Positions 12,891 to 25,746 of a DNA stretch of 64,000 bases are shown one piece after another; position 1 is the first letter of the stretch; every line of letters starts with the position of its first letter. Source of the DNA: Podarcis tiliguerta (Eukaryota); assembly GCA_965153285.1 (NCBI GenBank), contig OZ229120.1. One strand, 5' to 3'. The notes beneath the pieces are model-generated. The model searched no databases and was not told the origin of the DNA. It saw nothing but the letters and a program-made list of their open reading frames with translations. The translations under genes were made by a program, and so were the position numbers.

Positions 12891-14754
12891 TCCTACTAGA
12901 CACATTGCAAAATTTGGAAAACTGCAAAATTTGAAGGATGGCTGTGTTTCAGTTTGCATATTGTTCCATAAAGTGTGAATTAAGTAAGTGCACCTTTAAA
13001 TATGAACCGAATCAAAACCCATACTCAAGAATCTTCTCCTGAATCTTCTTCTTCAGAGAGAATGACTATCAAACCAGTTTAAGGCTGTGGTGTAAGTAGG
13101 GCTATAATGGGACCATAATTTTGCTGCTAGGCTGACCTATCACAGTCACTACCATTGAGAACACCACACTGGCACATGTTCTGGGAAATGCAAATGGCAC
13201 TTGAGCTATTTGCACTTTCCGAGAGGCTCAGCACGGTGTCTTGCATCCTAATGGACTTATGCCAGACATCCACTTACTTACACCTAGACTCTGGAGGTAT
13301 GTGGAGGGTTGGGGCTAAGCTTGTTATGGATGCATCTTACGAAAACCCTTCACACTTTCAAGGAGAGGAGGCAGACAGCCGATGAAGACGTATATTTATG
13401 GTTCCTTTCATGCAGAATGTTCAGACTATGATTTTATTTTATTTTTTTTACAGGGAGGAGGCAGACAGTTCACTGCAGTCTGCACCGAAGGATTCTCATC
13501 TCAGGGGCCTAAGGAATAGAATTATGCATTAGCAACACTTCACAACGCTGTACTGGGGAGGCAGAAGTGAAAAGTTAACATTCATTCTGAAAGTGCAGGA
13601 GAAAATATAGGTCAGCCCAGCAGAGCGTAAATAACCAGGCTGGAATCTGATTAAGACTTAGCCACATATTCTTTCCCAAAAGCACCACTGGATCGCTGAC
13701 TCGTGCATCCTTTCCCATGTAGGTTTTGGTATTCCCCATGTTTGTCATTTTCATTCAGATTTATAGCCTACACTGGCTGGGTGTGTTTGATTTAAAAGTA
13801 GAGCTCTTCTGCTTTGTATTCCATATTAGTAATAGAGAGAAGTGAGTCGTCCAAGAATAAGAAGTGCCCTTAGCATTATTTGCAGAAATGACGGTAGCAT
13901 CTCATATAAGAAGACAGCGCTTCCCAAGGTTGATCATATGAGGTCACCATGTGTTAATTCAAGGACAGAGTGCCATCTATTGACTTTAAGCTTAGCCAAC
14001 ACCTGGAAGAATCCTACAAAGAGCATCATCCTAATAAAGCCTCAGTTTGCGATAATAAAGAAGTCCTAAAGGTTGATCATGATTGTTGCTGGTGGAGCAA
14101 TCCAAACTATAAGGAGCAAGAGCATTTCATGCTGGTGTTAATTATGCTGGTGTAATTTACTCAATTCCAAACCCCTTTCAGGAACGAACCCAAGCTCAAG
14201 CCTAGCAGAGGGGAAACAGGTCTTGAAAATAGGGCTCGATTTGCACCACCAATTTTGCTGGTTTACTAGGTCATGCGATGGATGGAGCTGAATAGAATTT
14301 GGAACAGTGGAAGTCTCTCCTGCCTCACTTGAGCCCCTCCCCCCAGAACACCCCCTTTTCATTATTTACCCTAACCTTGGCTCAGCCAGGGCTTAGCAGG
14401 CTGAGTTCCAACATGACCTGACATATTCATCCCAAATAATGAAGCACATTGCCTCTGTCCATCTAGTGTAATCTTTCTAGTGCAGTGCACCGATGTAACA
14501 TGACGTCATGATGTCATGTTATGTCGTGAGTGCCATTGGGCACCCATAATCTGGAGCCCAAGTCGGCACCCCTGATACCACCCAAATAAAGGCCCATCTG
14601 ATGGCCCTCTAGTATTAGCTGACGTTAGGCCTGTGTTGAAAATGTCTCACTTGGAACTGCCTTCATTCTGACCAATGTCCAACAGCTGTCTGGGCTAAAG
14701 GAGCTGCATGATTCCTATGCAAACCCCCAAAGATGAAGGCTGGGGATGCCCATG

Positions 14755-14982
14755 AACCAGGCAAAGGGCCTTCTCAGTAGTGGCACCCACCCTGTGGAAT
14801 GCCCACCCATCAGATGCTAAGGAGAAGAGTAACTGTATAACATTTAGGAAACATCTGAAGGCAGCCCTGTTTAGAGAAGCTTTTAACAGTTAATGTTTTA
14901 CTATGTTTTTATATGTGCTGGAAGCCGCCCAGAGTGGCTGGAGCAACCCAATCAGATGTGCGGGCTACAAATAATAAATTAT
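14755..14982 (+). mobile_element. L2-type LINE 3' end
   Basis: Similar to 5008-5229. Confidence 0.72.
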
Positions 14983-15641
14983 CATCATCAGCTTACTGGG
15001 AAACGTACCATTTTTCTAGCCAAGGCTCCAAAACTTTTTTCAGGGGTCTAACATAGACTACACAGATCTCCCAGCTAAGTTAGCCACTTTGAGCTTTTTA
15101 TGAGGAAAGGTGGGGGTACAAATGTTTTAAAGAAATAAAATGTTGAGCATGAACTTAGTTGCAGGCATCCGTGAATGTTGTAGCTTCAAAGCTAGGAATT
15201 CCTCAGCTGTGAAACAGCCTTTAAACTGTTGAGTTTGGGCATAGTTTGCCTTTTCTTTCAACAGAGTTCTACATGCTAATTGAAACAAGAGCGATAGCCC
15301 TGTTTATCGCACTTTCTTCCTGGTCCCCAGTGAGTTCATGATGTCAGTGGTTATCTAAACGTGACACCTAGTGTTCAGCTGTGGTGGCAGTAATTAAAAA
15401 GAAATCCTTGGGAAAGTTCAATGCGCTGCGTTTCAAATCATTTCCAAAGCGTGGTACCGTGATAAGGTTATCTTGACTACAATGTAAGTTAAATTTTCTG
15501 TTCTCCCACGGATGGGATGTCATGAAATGACTTCTTTCTTAAAGTAGGAAACAAAATGAAGGAAACAAATGTGACAAGGGAGACGATTGCAGATTTTTAA
15601 AGTTTGCCGCCAACGAAATCCTCAATAAAATAATAATAATA

Positions 15642-15877
15642 CAGTGGTACCTCGGGTTACATACGCTTCAGGTTACATACGCTTCAGGTTACAGACTCCG
15701 CTAACCCTGAAATAGTACCTCGGATTAAGAACTTTGCTTCAGGATGAGAACAGAAATTGGGCTCCGGCAGCGTGGCAGCAGCAAGAGGCCCCATTAGCTA
15801 AAGTGGTGCTTCAGGTTAAGAACAGTTTCAGGTTAAGAACAGACCTCCAGAACAAATTAAGTACTTAACCCGAGGTA
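15642..15877. mobile_element. Tc1/mariner (Tigger/pogo-like) MITE with a clipped right TIR
   Basis: TA|CAGTGGTACCTCGGGTTA left end; same family as 22878-23092 and 54633-54874. Confidence 0.85.
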
Positions 15878-17386
15878 ATTACGAATTGAGAGGGGGCAGG
15901 GGATCTTCTCAGGTGCCAAGGAGGTATGAGGCATCTACCCATTCCAGGCTTTCTCACCTCTTCCAAAATTCCCTGTGAGGCTGCTAAGCCATTAGGAGGA
16001 GCCTGCAAGGCTGCAGCATCTCACCAGCACTTCCTTCCCCCAGCTGCATCCCCCTTCACTCTAAATGCCAGTCAGGCTACTGGTGCATAAGTGGCTGGTG
16101 AGCCAGCTTCTTCCTCCATATCTGTCCTCCCAGAGAGGTGCTTAAGCATGTCTTTGGACAGCTGTCTAGCAGCCCTGGGTGAGCAGAGGATTCATTGAGC
16201 TCTGTGTTTGCTAAGATAATTTAAATATTAACAGTTGCACTTTCAGTAGCCTGGTGCTGCTTCCCAAATGCCTCCTGTGCCTTTGCTGGAGGAATGAGAT
16301 TAAAAAACCTAAATAAATAATAGAGCTTTCTATATTTACACATCAGTGAGCTGGTGGCCCTATAGGTGTTCCCACCCCCGTGCTGAGCAGTGGCAGAGGC
16401 TCAAGAAGGAGCAGTGACTGTGCTAATGCCCTGGAATGGGAAGAGGATCGCTTGTGGACTTCTTTGACTCCTCTGTCCAGGAATGAATCCCGGCCACGTA
16501 GCCAAATAATCTCAGGCATACAGAATTAAGGCTTAACTCCTGGCTTACATAAGCGGTTGCTTTAGGGAAACAAAGATTTTAGATCGGAAAGCCAGCTGCA
16601 TAGCAAGGACAACTGCTTCTTCATCAGAGAAGCCTCTTTCATCGGGGCTATTAATATACGCAGCTTCAAATGTGCCACACAGGAACCTGGGTTCGTTCAA
16701 GTGCTCCTGTATCTGTATTACACTGCATGCAAAGGAGAGACTGTGATCTCGTTCGGCGTCAACATTGGCCTGGGTTGGTATGTGCATATTAGCCACTTAA
16801 AATGCAGTGAGGTAGTTTTCCCCAACTGCATTTCAACTTGCTTTTTAACATCACTGTACACACCAGAGAGTGGACAGGGATGCCTTTGCCCATTACCTGA
16901 TTTGTTTTCATCACACCAAATTCCTGTTCAAGGAAACAGTCGACTGAGCATACACAACAGCTTTCCCAAAAGAACACGCCTCATCAGATGAAATCTGGAA
17001 AACACACCAAACAACAGTATTTTTTGAAAAACTATAAATAGCAGTGCATCACACTGTGACTCCAACATACTGAGTCCCAAAACCAGGATACACGTATTAC
17101 AGGCCATACTCCCATGCAAATCCCATGCAAGATCACAGAACCCAAAAGATGCACTTTTTGGGGGAGCTGTGCTCTTACAGCGCCCAAAAATGCATGTTTT
17201 GGGGAGCAGCATGAGATCGTGATGCAAGGTCTTGGTGCAAAATCATGCAAGATCATGGCACTCAAAATGGCTACTGAACTCTTGCAGGAAAAAGCAGGCT
17301 GTACCATTTTCCCAGGTCACTTGCAGAGTACGGTATTATGGGTAATGTTGTATGCCCTCTGCTTCAAACACCAGCAGCAGAAGCAC

Positions 17387-17674
17387 AGAAGAAGAAGAAG
17401 AAGAAGAAGAAGAAGAAGAAGAAGAAGAAGAAGAGGAGGAGTTTGGATTTGATATCCCGCTTTATCACTACCCGAAGGAGTCTCAAAGCAGCTAACATTC
17501 TCCTTTCCCTTCCTCCCCCACAACAAACACTCTGTGAGGTGAGTGGGGCTGAGAGACTTCAGAGAAGTGTGACTGACCCAAGGTCACCCAGCAGCTGCAT
17601 GTGGAGGAGCTGAGGCGCGAACCTGGTTCACCAGATTATGAGTCTACCTCTCTTAACCACTACACCACACTGGC
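17387..17674 (-). mobile_element. Squam3-like SINE with an expanded (TTC)n tail
   Basis: Reverse complement of 9996-10255; (GAA)n run at 17387-17433. Confidence 0.8.
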
Positions 17675-18298
17675 CAGAGTAAAAAGTCTAAGTGCAGCCC
17701 AGCCTTCCCACCACACCTGCTTTCTGTTACACTGGGGAAAACCTGCTGCAGACCTGCCAGGGAACTCTATATAAGCCTGTTATATAAACCTTTGAGGGTG
17801 CTACCAGATTACCTGTTTAGTGTGCATTCCTCCTGATTTGTTTGCAGAGAGGCTAAATGATGCTGCATCAAGCAAGTGTCATCCCACACTTCCCAGTGCA
17901 TTTTTCCATCACTTTCCTTATTGCAAGAAAGTAATAGTTCAGTGGGAGAAGCAGAGTTGTTGTGCAAGGCCTCCTACTGAACTATTATAGCACAACCCAA
18001 ATTTGCCAGCATGAGATTGAACCCCACTTCAGAATATCTGTGGCCTGGATGTACCCTTAGCTACGAGTACCTTTGTGGAGCCTGAATTCTGTGTAGTCGA
18101 AGTTCTACAGACAACATGGCAGGGTGCCAGGATACATGCAGGAATCCCAGATACTACCCCCTGCTCAGAGCTTGGGGTGCATGCAACAATATATTCAGGC
18201 ACATGTAGCTCCATCTATTCAGGCCTTGATGCATATCCCAGAGAAGGGAATTGCACAGTTGTACAGGAGAAAGCATATGGGCACAACCCTTATTGTTA

Positions 18299-19130
18299 TC
18301 AAAACGACCTTGACGGATTAGAGAACTGGGCCAAAACAAACAAGATGAATTTTAACAGGGAGAAATGTAAAGTATTGCACTTGGGCAAAAAAAATGAGAG
18401 GCACAAATACAAGATGGGTGACACCTGGCTTGAGAGCAGTACATGTGAAAAGGATCTGGGAGTCTTGGTTGACCACAAACTTGACATGAGCCAACAGTGT
18501 GACGCGGCAGCTAAAAAAGCCAATGCAATTCTGGGCTGCATCAATAGGAGTATAGCATCTAGATCAAGGGAAGTTATAGTGCCACTGTATTCTGCTCTGG
18601 TCAGACCTCACCTGGAGTACTGTGTCCAGTTCTGGGCACCACAGTTCAAGAAGGACACTGACAAACTGGAACGTGTCCAGAGGAGGGCAACCAAAATGGT
18701 CAAAGGCCTGGAAACGATGCCTTATGAGGATCGGCTAAGGGAGCTGGGCATGTTTAGCCTGGAGAAGAGGAGGTTAAGGGGTGATATGATAGCCATGTTC
18801 AAATATATAAAAGGATGTCACATAGAGGAGGGAGAAAGGTTGTTTTCTGCTGCTCCAGAGAAGCGGACACGGAGCAATGGATCCAAACTACAAGAAAGAA
18901 GATTCCACCTAAACATTAGGAAGAACTTCCTGACAGTAAGAGCTGTTCGACAGTGGAATTTGCTGCCAAGGAGTGTGGTGGAGTCTCCTTCTTTGGAGGT
19001 CTTTAAGCAGAGGCTTGACAACCATATGTCAGGAGTGCTCTGATGGTGTTTCCTGCTTGGCAGGGGGTTGGACTCGATGGCCCTTGTGGTCTCTTCCAAC
19101 TCTATGATTCTATGATTCTATGATTCTATG
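18299..19130 (+). mobile_element. CR1 LINE 3' fragment (end of ORF2 at 18299-19043 plus 3' UTR), apparently young
   Basis: Motifs QNDLD.LENWA...KCKVLHLG...[19 protein letters not shown]...LEKRRLRGD run uninterrupted to the stop; (ATTCTATG)n tail. Confidence 0.95.
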
Positions 19131-19905
19131 TTAAATAAACAACCTGACTGCCAGGGCAAGGCTGCAGTGATGAGCTTGCACTGTGAGAAGATTGCCATGC
19201 ACGGGGTTATATCAACTTCCGAGGAGTGATTAAAGGTCACCAGACATCATTCAGAGATGGAAGTATTAGACACAGAGTTTCTCAGTCGCAGCACCTGAAA
19301 GGAGCCAGGCCAGTCCTGGTGATTCTTCAGGTCTACAACAGGATGACACAACCAGTACAAAAAGTTCATCACCTATACGCCAATTGTCCTCTGTTTATTT
19401 GCATGCCACATTCTCACAAAGGTGTGCTCAAAGTGTCTCACAACATATCCAACGAACAATATCAATTCAAAAAATGTATTGGAAATAATCTTAGGTCACA
19501 TCCATGCCTCACATTTAAAAGCACATTAACAGCCGTGGCTTCCCTCAAACAATCATGGGGACTGTAGTCTATCCCTCACAGAGCAACAATTCCTAGCACC
19601 CTTTACAAACATTGATTTCTATTGTTTAATGTAGCTATCCTGAGAAGATTCTCACTCCCAACCTTCTTGAAATCCCAGTGACTTCCATTTCCACAGAACG
19701 TCTGGAAACCCCCGTTCACTGTTGTTATACAGAGATATATCAGAGGTAGCTTCCATGTCTGTTTGCTGGGTTTTTCCTTTACCTACTCCTAAGTGTTGAG
19801 GAGAGAGAATGCATTCCAAGAGAGAATGCAGAGGACAGAGGGCTTCATAGGCTCACTGTTAGACTCAGTGGGTATTGATGAACCTTCCATGTACCTTTGA
19901 AAATA

Positions 19906-20408
19906 CAGTGGTGCCCCGCAAGACGAATGCCTCGCAAGACGGAAAACCCGCTAGACGAAAGGGTTTTCCGTTTTGGAGGTGCTTCGCAGGACGAATTTGC
20001 TATGGGCTTGCTTCGCAAGACGAAAATGCCTTGCGATTCCTGGGGTTTTTTCCCCTCCCCCCCTTTTCCCCAAGCCCCTAAGCTGCTTAACAGCTCTTCG
20101 CTAAGCCGCTTAACAGCTGATCGCTGAGACGCTTAACAGCTGATCTAAGCCACTTATCAGCTGATCTAAGCCGCTAATAGCCTTTTAGCAGCTAATCCGC
20201 TAATCCCTTAAGCCTTTAATAGCCACTAATAGCCTTTTAGCAGCTAATCCACTAATCCCTTAAGCCTTTAATAGCCGCTAATAGCCGCTAAACCGCTAAT
20301 AGCGCTAATAGTGCTAATCCGCTAATGGGCTTGCTTCGCAAGACGAAAAAAACCGCAAGACGAAGAGACTCGCGGAACGGATTCTTTTCGTCTTGCGAGG
20401 CACCACTG
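19906..20408. mobile_element. Tigger/pogo-like MITE with an internal minisatellite
   Basis: TA TSD; 22-bp TIR CAGTGGTGCC(C/T)CGCAAGACGAA; internal GCTAAT/AGCC repeats at about 20080-20326. Confidence 0.9.
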
Positions 20409-20559
20409 TATTAAGGAGAAATGGAGGTGATAAAAACACTGAAAAGCAATTTTCCCAGCTGACAGTCACCCCGCCTTCCCATTGCCATGCTGCACCTGTC
20501 TGTAACTCCCATTTTGCAGCTTAGGTTGGAGTGATGAAAGATTTCATCTATGCAGACAG

Positions 20560-20756
20560 TATTATATAGTATATAGTGGACTGAGGAGACCTGTGGGTTC
20601 AAATTCCCACATAAGCCATGAAGCTAGCTCGTTACTCAAAGGACAGCGATCTTAGCCTAACCTTCCTCACAGGGTTGTTGTGAGGATAAAAATAAAGAGT
20701 GTGTGAAACCAGGCACACTGCCTTGATCTCCTTGTAGGAAGTGTGGGGTATAAATT
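20560..20756 (+). mobile_element. Old MIR/CORE-like SINE remnant
   Basis: B box GGTTCAAATTCC and MIR-like CCTCACAGGGTTGTTGTGAGGATAAAA. Confidence 0.55.
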
Positions 20757-20861
20757 CGGTCATTAACTATTATTGGTAATATATAATTTTAGATCAGCAC
20801 CAGACCCATTCACTGGGGCCCAGAAGAAACTTAGTGAGTCATCCCGCATGTTGAATATTAA

Positions 20862-21105
20862 CAGAGGCGGAGCTAGCTGCTCTGGCACCTAGAGCGGCAC
20901 ACATTCTGTGCACCCGGGGGCGGGGCTAGCTGCCTGTGGGGTGGGGCTAGCCACCCATGGGGCAGGGCTAGATGCCCACAGAGTGGGCCTAGCTGCCCGC
21001 AGGGGTGGGGCGAGAGTCCCAAGGGCGTGGCACCCTGATGTCACCCCCCCCATGGATGACACACGAGTCAAACTGCACCTACCACCCCCCTTTCCTCCAC
21101 CAGTG
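20862..21105. mobile_element. GC-rich hAT-type MITE with about 21-bp internal tandem repeats (GGGGCGGGGCTAGCTGCCC-like)
   Basis: Ends CAGAGGCGGAG / CTCCACCAGTG; TSD AATATTAA / AGTATTAA. Confidence 0.7.
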
Positions 21106-22486
21106 AGTATTAATAGTCTCACCAGAGACTTAGAAATAAAGAAAGGAAAGTTTAAAATCTGTAAGTCATCACTGACATCTCATAAGAAGAAAAAGCCATG
21201 GAAAAAGAATTGGTAACAATTTAGTTTGCATTTTGGGGGCTGCTGCTCATATATTCTGGACAACTTTCTTGGGTATCTTATTCTGCTCTGCATGTATTCA
21301 CTCATCTTTAAATTATGTATGGCAGAATATTCATGGTCCATTAAAGTGTCATTCTTATCTCTCTCTCTTTAAAGGAAGAGTTTCTTCATCAGTGCTTTGG
21401 GATGCAAGGATGACTTCTTCTATTTTAAACATGTCACAAAATGACTGCGTGGCAAATGGTGCGATCAAACTTTGAGCTGTGAAGCCATCACTACGGCTGA
21501 TGCATTCAAACCTCTGCATAGTAACAGTTGTTCATCACAGCTATATGCAAAACGTGCATTATTTTCATTACCACTAGGGAAAACAAATCTTAATCATTTG
21601 GAGGTACCTTGTATAATACAAGCGGATTCCATCAAGAAACAACCTTAATAAATTAATGAAACTGGTAGGCAGCTGTACCGCCTTCTGAATAATAATGTGT
21701 ATAGTTCGTTTCATTTATCGTTATGTGCCTTGGTGAAATGCTTTTCATTACTGTTTGCATGAGTCATCTAGTTGAGTAGAACATTTGGTTCCTTAAAATC
21801 ATCTCCCCTGCCTCCACATTTTTAAGGCTGAGACATAAAATTATATGGAAACAGCGCAATAAAGTGAGGCTGGTATGACTGGGGGGAAACACGCAGAGGA
21901 ACCTGATGGAAGTCCAAACTTGGTTTTGTGCTCCAGGGCTTTCCTCCTTCAAGGGCCAATGTGCCTAAGAAGGCTAAAGCATTTCACAATTTAGTTCCCA
22001 AGACGCAGAGGACCAGAGCCTTATGGTAGCTTAGCAACCATCTGCTTATTCATGAGCAGATATTATAGCGACACAGAAGCATCCACTAAGGAAGGTGATG
22101 CTTGATTCACAGCAACATCATTCCAGGTGGTTGTTTGCTTTACCTGGAAACCTCTTATTCACTGCCAACTCCCAGCTGTTGCTTCTCCGCAGCTCAAACC
22201 AGGCAAACCATTTACAGGCTCTCTCAGGTGGATGTGATTTTAGACCCATTCCAAGGGACTGTTTTAGATGGAGAAATCTCTTCAGCCCAAGGCCTGCTTT
22301 CCCTTCCCAGCAACCTTCCGAGGATCATGTGCTGGTGCTGGGCAAGAAAACACTGGGTGGAGCAATTCGTATGAATTCTACCTTTGTTCAGTAACCTAGT
22401 TTCTACAGCCACACAGCTCTCTGTCCTCCATCCAGGCATTTGAGAAGTATCAGAATTCAAGGACACACAGACCACACACAAACTTC

Positions 22487-23308
22487 TGTTGTTGGAATCC
22501 ATCAGTCCCGAAGGACATTGGAGTGCGCCTCCAGGAGTGAAGTCAAACAGCTGCATTAGCAGCACTGAAGTGACCTCTCTGGGGTACAAATCTGGGCAGT
22601 GCGTATGGAGGTCCTGGGCTGCCCAGGCAACAAGATGTGGTCCAAAGAAAAGCAGAGCAATACGTTTGGCACCAGCTTGGCTGCAGGAGTTGCACTAGAA
22701 GGAGGTGTAAAAGGCGCCATCCAAACTCCAGATTTGACTTGTGTAGGGCATACTCCTTAGCCTTTTCTTCTCCCAAAAATATCCCTCAAGGCAACAGAGG
22801 TTTAGGGTCATTTTCCTTCTCCTGGATGGGATACCTTTCCAAGTTGATGAGCCCCATCTGCCTCTCACTTCCCCCTACAGTGGTACCTCGGGTTACAGAC
22901 GCTTCAGGTTACAGACTCCACTAACCCAGGAATAGTACCTCGGGTTAAGAACTTTGCTTCAGGACGAGAACAGAAATCGCACGGTGGCAGCGGGAGGCCC
23001 CATTAGCTAAAATGGTGTCTCAGGTTAAGAACAGTTTCAGGTTAAGAACGGACCTCCGGAACGAATTAAGTTCTTAAGCAGAGGTACGACTGTATAGCAT
23101 ATGCAGAAACCACCTTCTTGACCGTTTGACCCACTATTGGTCTCACCCACTCAATCTGCCAGAGCCTATCTTCACATACAGGGGAAGTCCCTAACTTATA
23201 GAGGGTTTGAGACCCATTGGTATAGCCAGCCAATCAAAGCCGTTTCCAGGAATGTGGCCACTGTCACCTGCTGACAGCTTCTAGGAGCCACAAGTAAGTG
23301 CTGAGTGC
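22487..23308 (-). mobile_element. Interspersed repeat of about 600 bp (excluding the nested MITE), probably an internally deleted RTE-derived element
   Basis: Sequence continues on both sides of the nested MITE; the minus strand ends in ...CCAACAAC like RTE tails. Family assignment is from memory only. Confidence 0.4.
22878..23092. mobile_element. Tigger/pogo-like MITE nested in an older repeat
   Basis: TA TSD; TIRs CAGTGGTACCTC / GAGGTACGACTG. Confidence 0.88.
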
Positions 23309-24223
23309 AAGGTGGGGCCAAAATGGACAAACTACCCCATGACGTGTGTCCATCCCCCCACACCAGAGGTACTCCTCCTCCCCCAACACCCCAACACAGA
23401 GACATAAAAACCCTCAAAGAGGACGAAAAGCAGGGCCAGCGAGAAATGTGGTCTGGGAAAAGTGGGTGTGGCTGGGGAGAGTCTTAAGAGCCAGTTGAAA
23501 AGGTCTTGAGGGCCATATTTGGCCCTTGGTTCTGAGGCTTCCCCTCCTTGGCTTGGATAAAAAGAAGCCTCCTGGCGCATTATACCCTTTCAATAATCAA
23601 GCCAAACCAAACGAAAAGGAAAAACAGCGAAAATCGTCAAAATTGTCCTGAAAATCTTAAAAGATGAAATCCCACATGGATAGCTGACGGCATGCAACAG
23701 TGCTGTAGTGGAATTTCTATAGTGATAAGGAGATTTTCCCCTCCTACTCATGCATTTACTTCTGAAAAAGGGACAATTACATACAGGCAAATTTGAAAGG
23801 AAAGAACACCTACACAAAACGAAGTACATTTTGTTGGCTAAGTTCCCTGAAGTGAGAATAAAGCCTTGGAGAAATCTGGACTCCTTCACAACAGTGAGAA
23901 AAGCAGTTCTCTCAGGCAACCCCTGTGTCTGTTGGGCTCCGAGCGCAATCAGGTTTAGTAAAAAGGGGAAAGCCAACCTCTGCAAAAGAAAGAGTGCTCC
24001 CTTTCATAATTCATCTTCTCCTTGCAGATTAACTGGTAGCATTAGGACTATAGGAGATCTAGCACCAAGCAAACTGGGCGTTAATGTCATCCTTAAGTAA
24101 TGATGCTGAAAGGATAGGTTCAGAGATTGTATGACCCAGCAGCACTTCAGCTGACTTGCATAAAACACAATAGTCCTGATCTTCTGAATGAACTCTAATT
24201 CCACACCATTTTTTCCTTGGCTC

Positions 24224-24271
<48 letters not shown>

Positions 24272-24516
24272 ACGGCTTCCAACATAATATAAAAACACAG
24301 TGAAACACCAAACATTTAAAACTTCCTGATATAGGGCTGCCTTCGTATGTCTTTTAAAAGTCACATAGTTGTTTGACATCAGGCAGGAGGACATTCCACA
24401 GGGAAGGAGCCACTACCGAGAAGGCCCTCTGCCTGGTTCCCTGTAATGTCACTTCCTGAGGGAACCTCCAGAAGACCCTTGCAGCTAGACCTCAACATCT
24501 GGGTTGAACAATGGGG
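24224..24516 (-). mobile_element. L2-type LINE 3' end with (TTA)n
   Basis: Similar to 11895-12240. Confidence 0.72.
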
Positions 24517-24973
24517 GTTACTGCCTACTAACATCATCATCATTTTAAAAAATGTACTCACCATTCACCATCAGCCTAGGACAGCTGAAAACAATTGAAA
24601 ATTGAAAACAGTTTTAACAGATTGTGCTGTCAGAGCAGGAGTTTGGGGAAGAAGTCCAGGGTCCTCCTAGCAGAATTATCAGGAAGACACACACACAAAT
24701 ATACCCCTCCCCCCAAAAAAAATCCCTGTGGAAGGGCTGGTTTGTAACATTTTAAAGTTCAGGAATACACTTTACCATCTAAAGACTGGGGCCCCTGTAA
24801 GCTTATTAAGTTCAGAGTCTAACATCACCTACCTACTCCACTGCTCTTTAAGTTTCTTTCCCTGTTTTGCATAGCTTCTACCAATACTAGTGTTATAGAG
24901 GAGAAGAGGCCATGTAAGAAGTATAGTCCTGTAATCCTGTGGCATTTCTTTGCAAAGCCCAAATGCATATAAG

Positions 24974-25148
24974 CAGTGCTTTTTTCTGGGAGGAACGCAG
25001 GGGTACGCATACCCCTAAACATTTTGTGAATTTTTGTGCTTTTGTCCATTTACTGTATTTATTTTTCCTGATTTGAACTATAAAATGGTAATTTTCTTGA
25101 GTCCAAATGAGAGTACCCCTAAACATTTTTTTAGGGGGGGAACCACTG
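24974..25148. mobile_element. Short hAT-type MITE (same family as 7775-7933)
   Basis: Shared body; TSD CATATAAG / CATAGAAG. Confidence 0.85.
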
Positions 25149-25559
25149 CATAGAAGATACAAAAGGAGTGACTCATCCACAACAGCAGTCCTGGCTGATG
25201 GTGCTGTCTAGCTATGTTAATGTAATGCCTGCAGTGAGAAAGAAACCCAGAGTCCTGATTTAGTCCAAATGGAAAAGAATCAAATTTGCTGATGAATCTT
25301 AGTTCCATTGTGAGTCAAAAAGAAGGCATTCATTAGTTCAAATCCATTAGTTATGCAGTTCCACAACCCAGGTAGAATTTTACATGTTCTCAGCCCTCTT
25401 GCAAACTGACAAAGGAGCCCTAAGGAAGGATAGTGTTAGGGTGTGATTTATTTTATAGCAGTGATTTCTGCATTGCAGGGGGCTGGACTAGATTACTCCA
25501 ACTCTATAATTCTACAATTCTATGATAGTCCTATTTATTTATTCAACTCTACAATTCTA

Positions 25560-25746
25560 NNNNNNNNNNNNNNNNNNNNNNNNNNNNNNNNNNNNNNNNN
25601 NNNNNNNNNNNNNNNNNNNNNNNNNNNNNNNNNNNNNNNNNNNNNNNNNNNNNNNNNNNNNNNNNNNNNNNNNNNNNNNNNNNNNNNNNNNNNNNNNNNN
25701 NNNNNNNNNNNNNNNNNNNNNNNNNNNNNNNNNNNNNNNNNNNNNN
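25560..25746. other. Assembly gap (187 N), preceded by duplicated CR1-tail sequence
   Basis: Run of N; CAACTCTA.AATTCTA is repeated at about 25499-25559. Confidence 0.99.

Noticed and set aside
17114-17613. ORFs with poly-Arg, poly-Lys or poly-Leu tracts (and poly-Ile ORFs elsewhere)
   Set aside because: These are translations of (GAA)n or (TAA)n retroposon tails.
20080-20326. CRISPR-like repeat array
   Set aside because: Eukaryotic context, no unique spacers, and enclosed by MITE TIRs; it is a minisatellite.
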